From positions 1 to 16,325 of the forward strand of contig CAXGWI010000077.1 of NCBI GenBank assembly GCA_964013405.1: a stretch of DNA of 16,325 bases. Reading direction: 5' to 3'. A program made the translations under genes and the position numbers. The notes under the pieces are model-generated. The model saw only the letters and a program-made list of their open reading frames with translations. It did no database searches and was not told the DNA's origin. Below are positions 9,208 to 16,325 of the stretch, one piece after another; within the stretch, counting starts at the first letter, position 1, and the number at the start of each line of letters is the position of its first letter. This DNA comes from an uncultured Myxococcales bacterium (lineage in GTDB: Bacteria > Myxococcota > UBA4151).

Positions 9208-12078
9208 ATGACCGACCCGTTCAAGCCCCTCGACGACTTTCTCCCCCGCCATCTCGGCCCCCGAGACCATGAACTGCCAGGCATGCTCCAGGCGGTCGGC
9301 TTCGACAGTCTTGACGACCTCATGGCGGCGACAGTCCCCCAAGCCATCCGCATGCGGGGTAGCCTACAAGGACCGATCGGACCCGCATTAAGCGAGTCGG
9401 AAGCGCTCGCTGATTTGAAGGAGAAAGTCAGCGAGAACATCCCCCATCGTAGTTACATCGGCATGGGATATTACAGCACGATTGTCCCGCCGGTGATTCA
9501 ACGCAATGTGTTGGAAAACCCCGGTTGGTATACCCAGTATACCCCCTACCAAGCAGAGATCAGCCAAGGCCGTCTGGAAGCCCTCCTCAACTTTCAGACG
9601 ATGTGCAGTGAACTCACCGGTCTCGACATTGCGAACGCCAGTCTATTGGACGAAGGCACGGCGGCTGCGGAAGCGATGACCCTCTGTTTGCGCAGTGCGA
9701 AAAAACGCAAAGGCCAACGCTTCCTGGTGGATCAAAACCTCAACCCCCAAACCATCGAAGTGGTCTGTACTCGAGCCACCCCCCTTGGCATTGAGATCGA
9801 GTTGGGAAATCCAGAGGAGTTCGCCTTCGACGACACCATCTTCGGTGTCCTGCTCGCCTATCCCGACACCACCAGTACCCTCCGTGATCTCGAGGCGGTG
9901 GCCTCTGCAGCCCATGAGGCCGGTGCCCTCGTCAGCGTCGTCACGGATCTACTGAGCCTTTGCCTCCTGAAACCGCCAGGGGAGTGGGGTGCGGATGTGG
10001 CCGTTGGCAGCAGTCAGCGCTTCGGTGTCCCCATGGGCTTTGGGGGTCCCCATGCCGCGTTCTTTGCCACCCGCTCTGCCTACCAGAGGCGCATGCCCGG
10101 GCGGCTCATCGGTGTCAGCCAAGATGCCAATGGCAAGCCCGCCCTTCGGATGGCCTTGCAGACCCGAGAGCAACATATTCGCCGGGACCGGGCGACCAGC
10201 AACATCTGCACTTCTCAGGTCCTGCTTGCGGTGATGGCCAGCATGTACGCGGTCTACCATGGTGCAGAGGGTTTGAAAGCCATCGCGCAGCGCGTCCATC
10301 GCCTCGCTCAGGGACTGGCATCGACACTTTCGGCCCTCGGCTGGACGGTGGTCGACGGGCATCGCTTCGATACGGTGGTCGTGGAGGCGGGCGACCGAAG
10401 CCAGGCGCTTCGCCAGGCCTTAGCGGCCGCTCGTATCAACCTACGGGAACTGGATGATGGCCGATTCGCCATCAGTCTCGATGAGGCGGTCACCGAAGCT
10501 GAACTGATCGAGTTGATTGGCTGCTTTGGCGGTGAGGCTCAGGACCTTCACCGGGGGGTTGCCGAAGGGGGCTCGAATATCCCTGCGCCACTTCAGCGAA
10601 GCACGCCTCCCCTTCAGCACGGTGTTTTTGAGCGCTACCACGCAGAGCACGAGATGCTCCGCTATCTCACCCTGCTTCAAAGCCGAGACTTGAGCCTGAC
10701 GGCCAGCATGATCCCCCTCGGCTCCTGCACCATGAAGCTCAATGCCACGGCAGAGATGCTGCCTGTCACCTGGCCCGAGTTGGCTGGGGTTCACCCCTTC
10801 GCCCCGGCGGATCAAACCCGGGGCTATCAACTGATGATCGAAGAGTTGGAGGCCATGCTGGCGGAGGTCACCGGAATGGCTGCGGTGAGCCTGCAGCCGA
10901 ATGCTGGCTCCCAGGGGGAGTACGCCGGCATGTTGGCCATCGCCGCCTACCACCAGGCCCGAGGCGATTCGGCCCGCAATGTCTGCCTGATTCCGAGCTC
11001 GGCCCACGGCACGAATCCGGCGAGCGCTGTGCTCGCTGGCCTTGAGGTCGCTGTGGTCGCCTGCGATGACTTGGGCAACGTCGATCTAGAGGATCTCAAA
11101 ACCCAAGCGGCCCGCCATGCGGACCGCCTCGCCGCCATCATGGTGACCTATCCAAGCACCCACGGCGTCTTCGAGGCCGGCATCGTCGAACTCTGCGAGA
11201 TCGTCCATCGCCATGGGGGCCAGGTCTATATGGATGGGGCCAACATGAACGCCCAGGTCGGCCTCTGTCGCCCCGGCGACTTCGGTGTGGATGTCATGCA
11301 CCTGAATCTGCACAAAACCTTCGCCATCCCCCACGGGGGTGGCGGGCCTGGGGTCGGCCCGATCGCGGTCGCACCCCATCTCGCCCCTTATCTACCCGGC
11401 CATTCCGTCCGTCCCGTCCCCGGGGCTGACACCGTCGGTGCTGTTTCAGCCGCGCCCTGGGGCAGCGCTGGCGTGCTGTGCATCTCGTGGATGTACATGA
11501 AGATGCTTGGCGTCCGAGGACTCAAACGGAGTACGGAGATCGCCATCCTGAACGCCAACTACCTGAAGGCGAAGCTGCAAGATCATTATCCGGTCCTCTA
11601 CAGCGGCCCCCAGGGAACGGTGGCCCATGAGTTTATTCTCGACCTCCGCCCGCTCAAAAAGACCTGCGGGGTGGAAGTCGCTGATTTGGCCAAACGACTG
11701 ATGGATTACGGCTTCCATGCCCCGACCATGGCCTTTCCCGTTGCCGGCACCCTTATGATTGAGCCGACGGAGTCGGAAAGCCTGCAGGAGTTGGACCGCT
11801 TAGTCGAAGCTCTGCTTGGCATCCGCGAAGAGATTGCGGCCCTAGAGCGGGGCCACGTCGCCCACGAAGACAGTGTCCTCGCCCATGCGCCCCACAGCGC
11901 AGAGGCCCTCTGCAAAACCGGTTGGGACCGGCCGTACAGCCGGGAAGAAGCAGCGTTTCCCACCGCCCATACCCGGGCCCAGAAGTTCTGGCCCAGCGTT
12001 GGACGGATCGACGAGGCCTACGGGGATCGAAACCTCATGTGTAGCTGCCCCCCCCTCGAAGCTTACGCCGTCGCCTGA
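9208..12078 (+). CDS. gcvP: Glycine dehydrogenase (decarboxylating), single-chain P protein
   Basis: 956 aa. [62 protein letters not shown] (PLP lysine), IEPTESE, C-terminal CSCPP. Confidence 0.98.
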   Translation: MTDPFKPLDDFLPRHLGPRDHELPGMLQAVGFDSLDDLMAATVPQAIRMRGSLQGPIGPALSESEALADLKEKVSENIPHRSYIGMGYYSTIVPPVIQRNVLENPGWYTQYTPYQAEISQGRLEALLNFQTMCSELTGLDIANASLLDEGTAAAEAMTLCLRSAKKRKGQRFLVDQNLNPQTIEVVCTRATPLGIEIELGNPEEFAFDDTIFGVLLAYPDTTSTLRDLEAVASAAHEAGALVSVVTDLLSLCLLKPPGEWGADVAVGSSQRFGVPMGFGGPHAAFFATRSAYQRRMPGRLIGVSQDANGKPALRMALQTREQHIRRDRATSNICTSQVLLAVMASMYAVYHGAEGLKAIAQRVHRLAQGLASTLSALGWTVVDGHRFDTVVVEAGDRSQALRQALAAARINLRELDDGRFAISLDEAVTEAELIELIGCFGGEAQDLHRGVAEGGSNIPAPLQRSTPPLQHGVFERYHAEHEMLRYLTLLQSRDLSLTASMIPLGSCTMKLNATAEMLPVTWPELAGVHPFAPADQTRGYQLMIEELEAMLAEVTGMAAVSLQPNAGSQGEYAGMLAIAAYHQARGDSARNVCLIPSSAHGTNPASAVLAGLEVAVVACDDLGNVDLEDLKTQAARHADRLAAIMVTYPSTHGVFEAGIVELCEIVHRHGGQVYMDGANMNAQVGLCRPGDFGVDVMHLNLHKTFAIPHGGGGPGVGPIAVAPHLAPYLPGHSVRPVPGADTVGAVSAAPWGSAGVLCISWMYMKMLGVRGLKRSTEIAILNANYLKAKLQDHYPVLYSGPQGTVAHEFILDLRPLKKTCGVEVADLAKRLMDYGFHAPTMAFPVAGTLMIEPTESESLQELDRLVEALLGIREEIAALERGHVAHEDSVLAHAPHSAEALCKTGWDRPYSREEAAFPTAHTRAQKFWPSVGRIDEAYGDRNLMCSCPPLEAYAVA

Positions 12079-12908
12079 TGGGTTTTGTGGGCAAACTCAA
12101 AAAGCTCTTTTCGCCGGCCGGTCCCCGGCTGGTCGCAAGCGCGTTGCGGTACCAATATTGGCACCGCAAAAATCAGTGGATCTATTTGAAGCATGGCCTC
12201 GCTCTCGAGAACGAATGCGTCGGCGACTTCATGCCCCATGATATCTACTGGGCCCACCGCAGTATTTATGACTTCGCCTGCGACCACCTTCCTAGCCGAA
12301 GCGGTTTACGGGTTCTCGATCTGGGTTGTGGCGTGGGCTACGGCGCCGCTCTTCTCGCTCAAGATGACCGGGTCGCATCGGTCACAGCGCTCGATCTAGA
12401 CGAGGCCTGCATTCGCTACGCCCAACGGCATTTTGGTGACATTACGGGCCTGCGTTTTGCGCCCTGCGCTGCTGAGGATTTCCCCAGCCAGCACGCAGGC
12501 CCCTATGACTTTATCTTCTCCAGTAACGTCTTCGAGCACCTGGATGATGCGGGGGCCCTTCTACGGGCTTTACCGAAACACCTCGCGGCGGATGGACGCT
12601 TTTTCTTCGCGGTTCCCCCCATCTTCGACGAGGCAGAACGGGCCCGGCAAAATGCCGTTGAGTTTCACCGATCTAACCACCTCATCGCCGAGTGGCAGGA
12701 ACACCTTCAAAGGGCCTTTGGCAGCCCAGGTACCTTCTACGCGCATCGCTACACGCCCCGTCAGCCGGACCGACCCTATGACGCCACCTCAGCACCAATT
12801 CCCGTGACCGATTTGGGTAGCGATGATTTCTCCTTTACCGCCAGTGGACTGGACGCCAGCCAAAGTGGTGACACCCTCACGGCGATCTGGGTCTTGGGGC
12901 TCCCTTGA
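12078..12908 (+). CDS. Class I SAM-dependent methyltransferase, substrate unknown
   Basis: VLDLGCGVGYG motif I, TALDLD, YDFIFSSNVFEHL, L...GRFF. TGATG overlap with gcvP. Confidence 0.9.
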   Translation: MGFVGKLKKLFSPAGPRLVASALRYQYWHRKNQWIYLKHGLALENECVGDFMPHDIYWAHRSIYDFACDHLPSRSGLRVLDLGCGVGYGAALLAQDDRVASVTALDLDEACIRYAQRHFGDITGLRFAPCAAEDFPSQHAGPYDFIFSSNVFEHLDDAGALLRALPKHLAADGRFFFAVPPIFDEAERARQNAVEFHRSNHLIAEWQEHLQRAFGSPGTFYAHRYTPRQPDRPYDATSAPIPVTDLGSDDFSFTASGLDASQSGDTLTAIWVLGLP

Positions 12909-12962
12909 CAAGCCTGGGCCAAGGGACCAATGGACAGCCGTCCCCGAAGGTTTTTTGAGACC

Positions 12963-14045
12963 ATGACTGATCTGAAGACCACCCCTCTCCACGCCGCTCA
13001 TGTCGCCGCTGGCGCGCGCATGGTCGATTTCGGTGGCTGGGACATGCCGGTCCAGTATCAGGGGGCGAAGGCCGAGCATTTCGCCGTCCGGGAAGCTGTT
13101 GGGCTCTTCGATGTGAGTCACATGGGCGAGGTCTTCTTGCTAGGTCCCGAGGCCCTGGCCGCCGCCGATCACCTCGTCACCAACCGAGTCGCCCAGTTGG
13201 CCGATGGTCAGGCTTGCTATGCCGGCCTCCTCAACGAGGCCGGCCACTTCCTCGACGACGTGGTCGTTTATCGGGTGCACAATGAGCGGGTCATGATCTG
13301 TCTCAACGCATCGAATGCCCACAAAGACATCGCCTGGATCCGTCAACAGGTCGGTGCGCGCGTCGAGATCGAGGACCGCTGCGCCGAGACTGCCCAGATC
13401 GCCGTCCAAGGCCCCAAAGCCGCGGCCCTACTGCAGTCGCTCACCCCCACTGATTTAAGCACCATCGGCACCTACCGCTTTGCCATGGGCGAGGTGGCTG
13501 GGGTCTCGGCGATGATCGCCCGCACCGGCTACACCGGCGAAGATGGCTTCGAACTGTATGTCCCCTCCGCCCATGCCCATGCCCTGTGGGATCACTTGGT
13601 GGCCGGTGGCGGCATCCCCTGCGGTCTCGGTGCCCGGGACAGCCTGCGCCTCGAGATGAAGTATGCCCTCTACGGCAACGACATCTCCGAATCGACGAAC
13701 CCCATCGAGGCCGGACTGAGTTGGATTTGTAAGGATAAGTTCAAAGACTTCATCGGCGCTGAAGCCCTTCGCCAAATTCGCGCCGAGGGCCCTCGTCGCA
13801 AACTGGTTGGACTGACCTTGGAAGGGCGACGAATCGCCCGCCATGACACGCCTGTTCACGATCTCGATGGCAAGCCCATCGGGCGGATCACCTCCGGCGC
13901 CTATGCACCGAGCGTCGATGCCAGTATCGCCATGGCCTATCTAGAGACCGACACATCGAGCGTGGGCACCGCCGTCCACGTGATGATTCGAGACAAAGCG
14001 CACCCAGCGACGGTGGTGAAAACCCCGTTTTATACGAAGAATTGA
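12963..14045 (+). CDS. gcvT: Glycine cleavage system aminomethyltransferase T
   Basis: LKTTPL, MVDFGGWDMPVQY, EH.AVR..GLFDVSHMGE, AVQGP, RTGYTGEDGFE, GLGARDSLRLE, TPFY. Start placed at MTDLK (12963). Confidence 0.97.
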   Translation: MTDLKTTPLHAAHVAAGARMVDFGGWDMPVQYQGAKAEHFAVREAVGLFDVSHMGEVFLLGPEALAAADHLVTNRVAQLADGQACYAGLLNEAGHFLDDVVVYRVHNERVMICLNASNAHKDIAWIRQQVGARVEIEDRCAETAQIAVQGPKAAALLQSLTPTDLSTIGTYRFAMGEVAGVSAMIARTGYTGEDGFELYVPSAHAHALWDHLVAGGGIPCGLGARDSLRLEMKYALYGNDISESTNPIEAGLSWICKDKFKDFIGAEALRQIRAEGPRRKLVGLTLEGRRIARHDTPVHDLDGKPIGRITSGAYAPSVDASIAMAYLETDTSSVGTAVHVMIRDKAHPATVVKTPFYTKN

Positions 14046-14059
14046 GAAGGAATCTAACG

Positions 14060-14449
14060 ATGCCCGGAATTCCTGAAGACCGACTCTACACCGAAGAACA
14101 CGAATGGGCTTTGAACGCCGACGGTATCGTCATCGTCGGCATCACCGACCACGCGCAAGATGCCCTCGGCGACATCACCTACGTCGAGCTACCCGATGCC
14201 GGTGACGAGCTGACCGCCAATCAAGGTTTCGGTGAGGTCGAGTCAAACAAGAGCGTCAGCCAACTCTTTGCGCCCATCGGGGGCGAGATTATCGAGGTGA
14301 ACGGTGATCTCGAAGATGCCCCCGAGACGCTGAACGATGATCCCTATGGTGAGGGGTGGCTCATCAAAATCGCCCCGACCGACCCCAATGAATTGCAGAA
14401 CCTCATGACCCATGAGGAATACGGCCAATTCATCGAGGAAATGGATTAA
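14060..14449 (+). CDS. gcvH: Glycine cleavage system H protein
   Basis: YTEEHEW, VGITDHAQDALGDITYVELP, VESNKSVS (lipoyl lysine), NDDPYGEGWL. GAAGGA RBS before ATG 14060. Confidence 0.97.
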   Translation: MPGIPEDRLYTEEHEWALNADGIVIVGITDHAQDALGDITYVELPDAGDELTANQGFGEVESNKSVSQLFAPIGGEIIEVNGDLEDAPETLNDDPYGEGWLIKIAPTDPNELQNLMTHEEYGQFIEEMD

Positions 14450-14484
14450 GAGCAACAATCTCTGCCCCACTCCATCTCGCTGAG

Positions 14485-14519
14485 TAGCCAGAGACCACAG
14501 GAAGCGGTAGGCTCGGCCC
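14485..14519 (+). promoter_or_regulatory. Candidate sigma70-type promoter giving a leaderless mRNA
   Basis: TAGCCA(14485-14490)-17 nt-TAGGCT(14508-14513)-6 nt-ATG(14520). No convincing SD. Confidence 0.45.
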
Positions 14520-15533
14520 ATGCGACTCGCCCTCCTTCTCACCTTGTGCTGCCTGACCACAGCACCTTCAGCCATCGCAGCCCCTGAGACATCCTCATGG
14601 GTCGCTAAGCGCAAGAAAAAGCGAAAAAAACGACGCAAACGCAGAGCTCGCAAGGTCAGAAAAAAAGCCACCCCAAAGAAAGCAAAAAGGAAGGCGCCCA
14701 CACCGCCGAAGGCCAAAACAAAAAGGAAGCCGACCACACCGCCGAAGGCCAACCCAGAGAAGCAAGCGCCCCCAGCCATCACAACAACAGCAGCCGTTGA
14801 TGCCCCTGAGGACAAGCGGCCAAACGTCGCTGTGCTCCCCTTCCAGGCCGTTCACGGAGTGGAACAGTCCGTGGCGAACCTGCTCTCGGAGATCCTCTTA
14901 ACTCAGGTGGGAAATGCCCCCTATTTCAGCCGGGTGATCGGCGGCTCTGACATGCAAGAGCTGCTGGATTTAGAGCAGCAGAAGGTGGCCCTCGGCTGCG
15001 ATGATGACAGTTGTCTGAGTTCGCTCGGCGGCGCCCTTGGCGTCGCCCTCATGGTCGCCCCCAGCATCGGCAAGCTAGGTGATCAATATATCTTGAACCT
15101 AAAACTCACCGATGTGGAGGAGGCCATCGTCCGCGCCCGACTCAACGTCGAAATTGAGGGTGAGCGAAACCTAAAGGCCGATTTGGAAGCCGCCATCGAC
15201 GAGTTGCTTCAGGTGGCCTTTGAACCCAAGTCATCGGCCTCGTCAGCCGACCCGCCAAAGCCAGAGGCCTCAACACAAGAGCCGCCACTCGCAACAACAA
15301 CCGCGCCCGGGCACCTCCCCTCGCTCGGGCTTGGCTTGATGGGCCTCGGGCTCGTCTCCAGTGCCGGTGCGTATTATCTCCAGCAACAAACCCACGCGAA
15401 CTTCAACGCCTCCCCTGGGACCCTTGCGGATTATGACCGGGGTCTTGAGGGGACCTACTACGCCAACCTAAGCCTCGGTGTCGGCTTGACGACACTCGTG
15501 GGCGGAACGATGACCTGGTGGCTTACTCGATGA
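14520..15533 (+). CDS. Exported/membrane protein: signal peptide, Lys/Arg-rich tract, CsgG/TolB_N-like alpha/beta domain, two C-terminal hydrophobic Gly-rich segments
   Basis: MRLALLLTLCCLTTAPSAIA signal; KRKKKRKKRRKRRARKVRKK; VAVLPF...LGCDDDSCLSSLGGALG...SIGKLGDQYILNLKL domain; LGLGLMGLGLVSSAGAYY and LSLGVGLTTLVGGTMTWWL. The domain name is by recognition only. Confidence 0.8.
   Translation: MRLALLLTLCCLTTAPSAIAAPETSSWVAKRKKKRKKRRKRRARKVRKKATPKKAKRKAPTPPKAKTKRKPTTPPKANPEKQAPPAITTTAAVDAPEDKRPNVAVLPFQAVHGVEQSVANLLSEILLTQVGNAPYFSRVIGGSDMQELLDLEQQKVALGCDDDSCLSSLGGALGVALMVAPSIGKLGDQYILNLKLTDVEEAIVRARLNVEIEGERNLKADLEAAIDELLQVAFEPKSSASSADPPKPEASTQEPPLATTTAPGHLPSLGLGLMGLGLVSSAGAYYLQQQTHANFNASPGTLADYDRGLEGTYYANLSLGVGLTTLVGGTMTWWLTR
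14683..14752 (+). repeat. In-frame 36-bp-period tandem duplication (12-aa unit)
   Basis: caaaaaggaaggcgcccacaccgccgaaggccaa at 14683 and caaaaaggaagccgaccacaccgccgaaggccaa at 14719; 2 mismatches in 34 nt. Encodes KRKAPTPPKA / KRKPTTPPKA. Confidence 0.92.
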
Positions 15534-16325
15534 CTCAACGCCTCGCCCTCATCAGTCTCTTTGGCCTATGGGGCTGCTTTCAGCCTCCCGGTGATCTGTG
15601 CTCCAGCGATGCGGATTGCCCCCCCGACAAGGCCTGCGTGGCCCTCGAAACCCGATCCGTTTGTCTTGATACCCAGTCGCAAACGGGCCCAGTTGGCAGC
15701 GATGCCGGTGGGGGCTCAGGGGGACAAGACGGTGGACAACAAAGGGATGGCGGCTCGCCAGCTTCAGATGCAGGCAGCGGCTCCCAAGGGCCCAGGAGCC
15801 CCGTGGTCGCCTTGGGCGCCGATCACAGTTGTGCGGTCTCCCCGAGCGAGGAGGTGCTGAAGTGCTGGGGTGCAAATACACAGCGTCAACTTGGACTGGA
15901 CACGGAGGGTCGTGGGGATCGATTTATACCTGTGGATGCTTCGGGAACCGGGGCTTCTCCTCCCCACAGTCTGGCAGCTGGGACGGAATTTACCTGTGGG
16001 GCCTTTGCGCAAACCCTTTGGTGTTGGGGGCAAGAGCCCGCGACACAAGTTCCAGAGGAACGCCCCTGGCAAGTTGTCATCCCAGACAATGGTCAGATTC
16101 AGCAACTGGCCGCTGGGAGAGCCCACTATTGTGCCTTGTTTGAAGATGGCCGGGTTGCCTGTGCTGGCCAGAACAACGCCGGTCAGATCGGTCGAGCTAT
16201 CGAGGCAGGCAGCGATGGCAGCCTGAATGTCGTCGCTGGTCTCACCAACATCCGTGAAATCGCCCTGGGAGGGGATCAAAGTTGCGCAGTCACCCATTCC
16301 GGCGCGCTGCACTGCTGGGGGAAAC
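15530..16325 (+). CDS. RCC1/BLIP-II-like repeat lipoprotein with N-terminal Cys-rich module (3' partial, not in ORF track)
   Basis: Translated by hand from ATG 15530 (ATGA overlap with the upstream stop) and open to the window end: MTQRLALISLFGLWGC (lipobox-like), CSSDADCPPDKAC...VC, DAG/DGG linker, then VALGADHSCAV..CWGAN..QLG, LAAGTEFTC..WCWG, LAAGRAHYCAL..CAGQN..GQIG, IALGGDQSCAV..HCWG repeats. Confidence 0.9.
   Translation, partial: MTQRLALISLFGLWGCFQPPGDLCSSDADCPPDKACVALETRSVCLDTQSQTGPVGSDAGGGSGGQDGGQQRDGGSPASDAGSGSQGPRSPVVALGADHSCAVSPSEEVLKCWGANTQRQLGLDTEGRGDRFIPVDASGTGASPPHSLAAGTEFTCGAFAQTLWCWGQEPATQVPEERPWQVVIPDNGQIQQLAAGRAHYCALFEDGRVACAGQNNAGQIGRAIEAGSDGSLNVVAGLTNIREIALGGDQSCAVTHSGALHCWGK

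Noticed and set aside
12923..12956. Intrinsic terminator before gcvT (GGGAC...GTCCC then T6)
   Set aside because: Only a 5-bp stem with a 12-nt loop, and the T-run is separated from the stem by 6 nt. Too weak to call.
1833..13859. Numerous 60-224 aa alternative-frame and antisense ORFs inside clpA, aat, the helicase, gcvP and gcvT
   Set aside because: Expected in high-GC coding DNA. They have no recognisable motifs and overlap well-supported genes.
14683..14752. 36-bp-period repeat as a CRISPR array
   Set aside because: Only two adjacent copies with no spacer, in frame within a CDS, and no cas genes.
14243..14815. 190-aa minus-strand hydrophobic ORF resembling a membrane protein
   Set aside because: Its Phe/Leu richness is simply the reverse complement of the Lys/Arg codons, and it overlaps gcvH.
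15552..16312. Track ORFs 15552-15881(-), 15561-15860(+), 15764-16312(-), 15829-16143(+), 15870-16226(+), 15886-16089(-)
   Set aside because: Shadow frames of the RCC1-repeat lipoprotein that starts at 15530.

Overview
GC-rich (roughly 60%, estimated by eye) bacterial chromosomal segment, most likely Myxococcota/deltaproteobacterial judging by the style of the last two exported proteins (inference). It is mainly housekeeping DNA. On the minus strand are a HIT-family gene and a WecA/MraY-like (GT4) gene. Divergent from them lie clpS-clpA, overlapped tail-to-tail by aat, which completes a ClpS/ClpA/Aat N-degron set and sits downstream of an exported D-Ala-D-Ala dipeptidase gene. A coupled udk-DinG/YoaA helicase-tsaB run follows. 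Next is a glycine cleavage cluster in the non-canonical order gcvP-[SAM methyltransferase]-gcvT-gcvH. The window ends with a coupled pair of exported proteins: a polybasic, CsgG/TolB_N-like protein with a C-terminal hydrophobic hairpin, and a Cys-rich RCC1-repeat lipoprotein that is missing from the ORF track because it runs off the window. I saw no RNA gene, CRISPR array, mobile element or glycine riboswitch. The best leads are the terminal gene pair, the methyltransferase embedded in the gcv cluster, an Asp-to-Ser change in the GT4 'MGD' motif, and candidate leaderless promoters. None amounts to a demonstrated new system.
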